Source of the DNA: the human T2T-CHM13v2.0 reference genome, Homo sapiens
Reading direction: 5' to 3' (one strand)
DNA length: 64,000 nucleotides
NCBI RefSeq assembly: GCF_009914755.1
Contig: NC_060932.1
The stretch's first letter is position 1; every line of letters starts with the position of its first letter. Position numbers and translations under genes: made by a program. This document shows positions 56,598 to 64,000 of the stretch, piece by piece. Below the pieces are notes generated by a model that was given only the letters and a program-made list of their open reading frames with translations, made no database searches and was not told the origin of the DNA.

Positions 56598-57659
56598 TTC
56601 TTTTCATACTTTACGGGATTTTCTGGTAGTGAAAGTTTTTGGTGTCTCTGGTCATGAATCTTTTAAAATTAATACTAACTCATAAAGCATAGAAAATCAT
56701 GAATTTTTTCTCTCATGGCTTTGGAATTTTGTTGGGCCTTATTTCAGACAGATTATTTTATAATCTTGCTTCTAGCTTCTTCCTCCTAAATTTTTAAAAT
56801 AAGAGGTTGTTACTTTAATATAAAATCCAATCTGAGATGAAAAGTAAAGGAAGGGGGAGAAAAATAGAGGCAGTTAATGAAAGACCTTTCCTTTATATTG
56901 TAAGAGAACTTTTCAAATCTTCTATTAAAGCTATCAGGCATTCTCTTGTGACCAAAGCATTACTAAATTATATAGTTTTTCCTGTAACAGGTAGTTCAGG
57001 TTCAAGGTTTGTATTCCTAAAATGTATATATCTTCATCAGTGTTAAGTTATAGGTCTAGTTGTAGCCTTGTTCTTTAATAATTCTAAATCAAAACACCAT
57101 TAAAGTCAAACAAAATTATTTACTAGTAAACATTAATATGTGTTGTACAGATTTTAATTAGCTCAACAGACATAGAAAACTCTAATAAAGAATCAGAGCT
57201 TATGTTTTTATATATTCTACATCAAGGATTCTGAATAACTAAGTTCTTAAAGAATAAAAATGAAATTATGTTTAGATCAATGACCTTTAAATAATTATAT
57301 TAATATATTTAGGCACTTTCGTTTTAGCAGTTGTAATTTCACAATGTTTCAAGTGTATCTTTCCCTAAGGAATAAAGGCTCCATCTCAATTCAAAATTCC
57401 AGGTTTGAAAGCATTTTACTTTCCAGTTAAATATAATATTAATCATTTCAGTTCTTCAGTCAAACGAAGACATTTAGAACATAAGTAATGAAATGCCATA
57501 TTAATCTTTTTAAAGACTGTCATAGACTAAACCAATATTTGCTAAACCAACATTTGCTAAACCAACCAAACTAAACTAACTTTTGCACTTGTTTACAAAA
57601 GGAGGAGTTTATTAGAGGTAGAGATTACTATTATTTTCTTGTTCTATGTTCTCCTATAG

Positions 57660-57811
57660 GCACAAGCATTATTCCATTTCAGAAGAAACGACTGACTCAT
57701 ATGTCTGGATGGATGGCTCTGATTCCAAATGCAAATCACATTAACTGGTATTTTAAAGGTGTGGATCACATAACCAACATTTCATATACATCGACATTCT
57801 ATGGATTCAAG
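57660..57811 (+). CDS. PKHD1L1: PKHD1L1 coding exon (prov. 51)
   Basis: ctatag|GC ACA AGC...TTC AAG|gtaaaa; TSIIPFQKKRLTHMSGWMALIP; 152 nt. Confidence 0.91.
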
Positions 57812-58158
57812 GTAAAAATATTTATCTTCTAATGATTATAATTGTGTATTACCCAAACACAGCCTACATCCTCATACTTACTCACAGACATTGTCAGGCC
57901 AGAGGGACTTTCATCACAAATTGAGCTATTGAAATCCTGCACATTCTTTGTGAGCCACTCTGAATCTAAGAAGTAAGCCAAAAAAATCTCATTTGAGAAT
58001 CAGAAGTAAGCAATCTTTCTGCCACATTGCTGTAGTACTAAGCTTATTCCCCTGTCATTATTACCATGATAATAACTTACCTTTACTGAGAGTTTATGAT
58101 ATCTCAGGGACCAGCAGTTAAGGACTTTATTTTTTATATCATGAAATATATCAAACAT

Positions 58159-58405
58159 ACCTGAGGTCAAGAGTTTGAGACCAGTCTGGCCAACATGGAG
58201 AAACCTCGTCTCTATTAAAAATACAAAAAAAAAAAAAGATTAGCCGGGTGTGGTGGTGGGCATCTGTAGTCCCAGCTACTTGGGGAGACTGGGGCAGGAG
58301 AATCGCTTGAACCCAAGAGGCAGAGGTTGCAGTGAACCAAGATCGCCCCACTGTACTCCAGCCTGGGCGACAGAGGGAGACTCCATCTCAAAAAAAAAAA
58401 AAAAA
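58159..58405 (+). mobile_element. 5'-truncated Alu
   Basis: Starts at ACCTGAGGTCAAGAGTTTGAGACC; poly(A) tail. Confidence 0.9.
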
Positions 58406-58704
58406 GCCACTACCTAACTCTATCTAAATCTAACATTCTGTGAATATTTACTTTCTAATTTATAAAAAAAGTAAAATATGGTAGATAAAGTGGAAGCCTT
58501 CTGTATTATTTACTCTCATGTTATTCCCCATTCTCCACCTCTAATGGTAGCCAGTATCCTGAATTGGATGTTTTCCATCTTATACATGTTCTTCCACTTA
58601 TACTACACATTTGTGCAGCATTGTTTTAAATATTTTTAAACATTATAGAAATAAAATATTGTCTACAATTTTATCTGTCAGTTTTTAAAATAAAATATTT
58701 TCTA

Positions 58705-58838
58705 AATATATGCATATATACACACATACACACATCACATATATGTGTGTGTATGCATATATATATATACTATACATGTGTATACTTAATGTATATGTAT
58801 TTATATATACATACACACACACAGGAGAGAGAGAGAGA
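58705..58838. repeat. Mixed (TA)n/(CA)n/(GA)n low-complexity repeat
   Basis: Visible dinucleotide runs. Confidence 0.8.
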
Positions 58839-59049
58839 TCCTTTCGTTGCCTTAGTGACAGAACTAGCATTATTGTCATAGACATGTAAAACGTTAATAA
58901 ACAAAATAGAAATTCAAGACAAAAAACAAACTAAAGCCAAAACTTTTAAATCTTAACATAATATAGGGGCTAATTATATGTCATTAAAATTAATGTGTTA
59001 TACGAAGAATATTAACATACAAGTCACATTTTTCTATAAACTTTTATAG

Positions 59050-59209
59050 GAAGAAGACTATGTAATTATATCACATAACTTCACTCAAAATCCTGACATG
59101 TTTAATATTATTGATATGAGGAATGGTTCCTCAAATCCATTGAATTGGAATACTAGCAAGAATGGGGACTGGCACCTTGAAGCAAACACTAGTACTCTAT
59201 ATTACTTGG
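59050..59209 (+). CDS. PKHD1L1: PKHD1L1 coding exon (prov. 52)
   Basis: ttatag|GAA GAA...TTG G|gtatgt; EEDYVIISHNFTQNPD...TLYYL; 160 nt. Confidence 0.91.
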
Positions 59210-59766
59210 GTATGTGTCATTAGGCAGAAATGATAGTTTATCTAATGCTTTGTCTAAAAGATGAGAAAAATTGCTTAATAAGCAAATGTGTTGTGCAGTG
59301 CTTAATATATACAGGATCCAATAAATGTTTGCTGAATGGAAAAACTGGAGACAAAATTTATTCTTGAAAAGGTTTTGAGTTGAATTAAGAACTTTCATTT
59401 TATGTTGAAGGTGACACCAGCATGCTTGCACATTGACAGTTTTATTTCATGGGCTTAGAGAAAATGAATACAATGGAAGCTGGCATATGTTTTGTTTCCA
59501 TTTTTATTATTTAATTATTTGGAAAATTAAAATATTTAATAATAAGTTTTAATTAAATTCTAAAGCATTCATTTTTATCAAGATATTTTGACCGTGTATA
59601 TCTTTATAATACATACATTATCAGAATTTCTCCATACCTCTTCCATACATGTGAATTATAATTCAAGTTACTACCTAAAGAACATTTTCCAAAATTCCAT
59701 AATTTTGTTTACATTCAAGTACTTTGGTCACTATGTTCATTTAACCCACTTTTACTTCACTTTCAG

Positions 59767-59938
59767 TGTCAGGAAGAAATGACCTTCATCAGAGTCAGCT
59801 CATTTCTGGGAACCTGGATCCTGATGTGAAAGACGTTGTTATTAATTTCCAAGCTTACTGTTGTATTCTCCAGGATTGCTTTCCTGTACATCCGCCATCA
59901 AGAAAACCAATTCCCAAGAAGCGACCAGCCACATATAA
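59767..59938 (+). CDS. PKHD1L1: PKHD1L1 coding exon (prov. 53)
   Basis: tttcag|TG TCA GGA...TAT AA|gtacat; 172 nt; includes Pro/Lys-rich linker PPSRKPIPKKRP. Confidence 0.9.
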
Positions 59939-62092
59939 GTACATAGGCCTTTTGTAGTTGATACCCTTCAATATCTCTTAACATAATCCTTTTCACATGT
60001 CACTCCTGGGTGAAATAATAATGCTTTACTCTTGCACAATGTCTTGTAGGTTACAAAGTACTTTCACATTCACTGCTTTGCTTGAGCCTTACAAAAACCT
60101 TCGTGAGAAAATGAAAATGTCTTAAAAAAATTATGTGTGAAAGTTGCTGGTAACCTCACAGTTGCAGAATGTTAGATTTAGATTCTTAGACCTGGCCCAA
60201 CTCCCTTATCATATAGACGAGAAAGCTGACACCCAGTGAACATAGGTGCATTACCTAAGATCACAGAGCTCACTGATGGCATATCCAGTACAGCACCAGA
60301 AACTAAGTCTCCTCGTGAATCCAATGCTTTCTTAGCAGGTGCTGTCTCTAGAATAACCATCGTGGTCAAATCTCATAATAAAACTTAGTTAATTTTCTTT
60401 CAAATATATTTTAATTCTTTTAGTTAAAAACAATATTTCTATCTTTGTAACTTACATAGCTCTTTACCTTTATTTCTCGTGAAGCATCACTTTCTACCTT
60501 GTATTAGAGTAATTACTGGACATGATGGTACTAGCACATTCAGTATTAGTCTTTAAGATGCTGAAAGGCATGATCCTGATTTGATGTATATTTGCATCCC
60601 TTATGGACAATACTACTGACAAAACATGATGATGATGCTAAAAACTAACATTTAGTGGGCACTGAATAGCCCACTACTGTGTAACAAGTACAACTCAATG
60701 ATAATTATTAGATGAATTACATTTCAAAATAAATAGACACTGTAGTGGTTATTGTACAAAAGAACAAAAATTGAATTTGTTTATATATTCATTCAACCAC
60801 TAAAAAAAATTTACTGAGTATCCACTATGTGCCAGGCATTTTGGATTCAATTATAAACAACATAGATGTGATCTCTGATCTCATTACACTCATATTCAAT
60901 CCAAAGAGATGACAAAACAAGCAAACAAACAAAAAAGTAAACAGAAGATAAAGTATGTAAGTGTGAGTTGTGATAAATGTTATAAAAAAATGGATATGGG
61001 GCTGGGACAGAGAGCAATATGGCAGGGACAGCCTTTGGGTGGGGTGGTTAGGAACACCCTCAGGGAGGGGTTATTCCAACTGCAACCCAAAGGATAAGGA
61101 AGAGCTCGCTGCGTGAAGGGTGGGAGAAACCTAGGGAGCAACTTGTGCAAGTGCCCTGACATAGAAAGGGTGTGGCATGTCAAACAATGGAGAGAGAATC
61201 ATCAAGGCCCTTATGCATTCTGAGGTAGATATAATTATTAAATATTTAATTAACATTTATTATGACTACTATAACAGATTTAGATTGCTCTAGGCCAGAA
61301 TGTGATAAAGGTAAACTACGATAAACTACATGTATATGCCATGGTATAGTTTTTCTTTCTTCCCATGGTATGAATTTTCATCACTGGAAATAGTTATAAT
61401 TGGATTGATTAATTTGTATTATTCAGCTAGCTATGAATAATACAAGACAAAACAGAATCTTGACCCAGAAGTGCTACCTCAGGATTAGAACAGAAGGCTC
61501 AAGCTATATAACTTAATGCCTAGTTTTAGAGGGCTTTGTTGATCGTAACATGGCAAATAAGAAGGGGAATGCATAACATGATTATTGATAGTGAGTGATG
61601 GTATTAATAAGAATGAAGGGCTATGATTGTGCATATTTTCCAGTGGGAAAATATCACCAATTTTATAATAATATCCTTCATAAAAATTTGCATTAAAAGG
61701 TATTTTCTAGAAGGCATAGTGATGAAAACTGAAGACCGTCTGTCCTCCCATACACTTGATGAAATTATTTCAATTTAACCTAGCTTTCACTTTGGATACA
61801 GACCTGCCACCCCCATCCCAGCCCAGGGGCTTAATGGCATTGGTGCATCCTCGTCAACTCAGAGACCATCCTTCTACCCCTTTCTTCACAGAATCTAGCC
61901 AACTATATCCTCTACCCCTACTCCCCATGAAATAGCACCATGTGTCAAGGGTCTTTAAAAGGACAAAGCGTGCATTTTTTTTCTTCTCTACCATGTAAAA
62001 TCTTATGGGGAAATGGAACGGTTTACATTTTAGACAAAATTAGGGAATATCACAAGTAGTAATTCATGGAAGTATTTCTCTTCTCTTTTCAG

Positions 62093-62181
62093 TTTATGGT
62101 CAAATGATTCTTTTTGGCAATCATCACGAGAAAATAATTATACTGTACCTCACCCAGGGGCAAATGTGATTATACCTGAAG
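62093..62181 (+). CDS. PKHD1L1: PKHD1L1 coding exon (prov. 54), start of G8 domain 2
   Basis: tttcag|T TTA TGG...GAA G|gtaaat; LWSNDSFW...VPHPGANVIIPE; 89 nt. Confidence 0.91.
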
Positions 62182-62532
62182 GTAAATGCGTAAACACAAA
62201 TGAATGAAATGTTTGTTTTCTGCAATATTAACACTATGGCAGGGTAGATGTCACAGTTTTATCAGCACACCTTTCCAAAAGAGCAAGTGTGGAGAAGTGG
62301 ACTCTATTAATGCATCCCGGATACTAAACCTAGCCTTCTGGGGTTTCTGTGGATTTAAACCTGACCATTAATTAACAAGAGCAGATTTTCTGGGAGAGAT
62401 AGGAATCAGGTATTATATGAAAAGACATGTCATAAACACTCAAAACTAGGACTCACTGATAAGCTTGTCAATGTTTTGCTATAAGTTGTAGTTTATGGAT
62501 TATGTTATATTTCTTAAAGTATTGTTTTATAG

Positions 62533-62681
62533 GAACATGGATTGTAGCTGACATAGATATGCCATCAATGGAAAGACTCATTATTTGGGGGGTTCTAGAA
62601 CTGGAAGATAAATACAATGTAGGAGCTGCAGAATCTTCTTACAGAGAAGTTGTTTTGAATGCTACCTACATATCACTGCAG
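62533..62681 (+). CDS. PKHD1L1: PKHD1L1 coding exon (prov. 55), G8 domain 2
   Basis: ttatag|GA ACA TGG...CTG CAG|gtaaga; TWIVADID...LIIWGVLELED...VLNATYISLQ; 149 nt. Confidence 0.92.
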
Positions 62682-63974
62682 GTAAGAGTGAGGGCCTTGT
62701 AGTTTATATCTTTATTAATCTAATTCTAAAATGTGTATTTACTCAAATAATAAGAAAGAAGCATATTCAATTGGTGTGAATAAAAACACAACTGGCTCTA
62801 TCCCATTAAATGCAAGTCTCAGTTAAGTCCAATATATTTCTGTTCTCCTTTAAATTATGGACTAAACATTTCTTAGGAGTAGTTACTATAGGATTCTTGA
62901 GTCTGCAGTTGGCCCAGTTTCCATTGTGTATAGAATATCTATGTCATTATGAGGTCAGGCTAAACCAACAGCTTGTTCCAACAAAGAGTCCTAGGAGTTC
63001 TGAAACAAGTAAAAGAATTTAAGCCTTTTGTTCTTTAAATAAAACAAACAGTATTTAAAAAAAAAACCAAAGGGACATAGATGGAATTGTGAAAGCAAGA
63101 GAAAATAAATCAAAATGTTACAGTTATTCGGAACAATCCCCACATTCCTTGTAAACCCCAGATGGTCTTGAACCTGTACCAGCTTAATCAGCTCGATTGT
63201 CCTGTCAGTCTTGTAATATTGTTCATGAAAAAGAATTGCTTAGCCAAAAAGCTATTAAGCAGCATTAAAATAATAAGCAGTTAGCATTATTATTATTTCT
63301 TTGAGAAAAGGAATAAAGTCCAGAAACTTGGTTATTAATATTTTAAAAGTGCATTGTATTTTGATTAGACATATGGCTTTAAGGTAAATTAAAATTACAA
63401 CTGAATTTTACCTTATTGTTTTTTAGTTGGGTAACCATGGGTAAGTTATTTGACCTCTTTCACCATTAGTTTTCTCACCTGTGAAATAAGGATAATAATA
63501 CTAATTCATGAATTTGGTGTAAAGAAAGGTTAAAGGATATATGTGAAGCCTTACACATTATGCATGATGGAAACAGCAAGCATTTAATGATAGCTATTAA
63601 CTATTAGTATTAACAATGATGGCTCATAAATTGCATAGCTTGGGTGTAAGCGTAAAGAGTATATTTTACATATAGGATATTACTTTCAAATACATTATGG
63701 TCTGTTCAAACACCACTAGTTTAGGTCTTATGAAATCTCAGTTTTAGGTCTAGTTCTGTCAGTAAGTAGATATTGAATTTGACCTTTGAAAAATCATTTA
63801 AACTGCTTATCCAAAAGTGAAATTAAAGTCACTTCCAGTTATAATGCTGTTCTTTATATAACAAAACTCATTCCTTTTTACTAGGCTTCCAGTGACTTCT
63901 GAATTCCTTTTTTATGGGTGGATTTTTTTTCCTGGTCAATTTTTAAGTATTAACAATTTTCTGCTTCATTTCAG

Positions 63975-64000
63975 GGAGGTAGATTAATCGGTGGCTGGGA
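63975..64000 (+). CDS. PKHD1L1: PKHD1L1 coding exon (prov. 56), cut by the window end
   Basis: tttcag|GGA GGT AGA TTA ATC GGT GGC TGG; GGRLIGGW continues the G8 motif in phase 0. Confidence 0.85.

Noticed and set aside
59895-59930. Basic cluster RKPIPKKRP as a furin site or NLS
   Set aside because: It does not fit R-X-K/R-R, has Pro at P1', and the region is extracellular

Overview
Primate (almost certainly human) genomic DNA from inside PKHD1L1 (fibrocystin-L), + strand. I traced 35 consecutive GT-AG coding exons by hand (1639-64000; about 6,990 nt, about 2,330 aa). Their phases are all compatible and there are no stops. They encode the IPT/TIG repeat array, a degenerate cupredoxin-like module, the first G8 domain, the PbH1 beta-helix and the start of a second G8 domain. 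Exon numbers 22-56 are from memory and provisional. The introns hold 13 Alus, L1/L2/MIR/DNA-transposon fragments, a degenerate ERVL pro-pol remnant and a sense-oriented, 5'-truncated processed MAPK6 (ERK3) pseudogene with a 19-bp TSD. The most unusual region is intron 50 (49.3-57.7 kb). There a ~1-kb composite insertion splits the ERVL reading frame. It consists of an inverted copy of PKHD1L1 exon 47 plus its downstream intron, and a direct copy of sequence ~4 kb downstream. The inverted copy brackets exons 48-50 (1,359 nt, frame-symmetric). The retrocopy's 5' junction forms a candidate splice acceptor in frame with exon 50. No prokaryotic-type system is present. All functional consequences proposed here are untested hypotheses.
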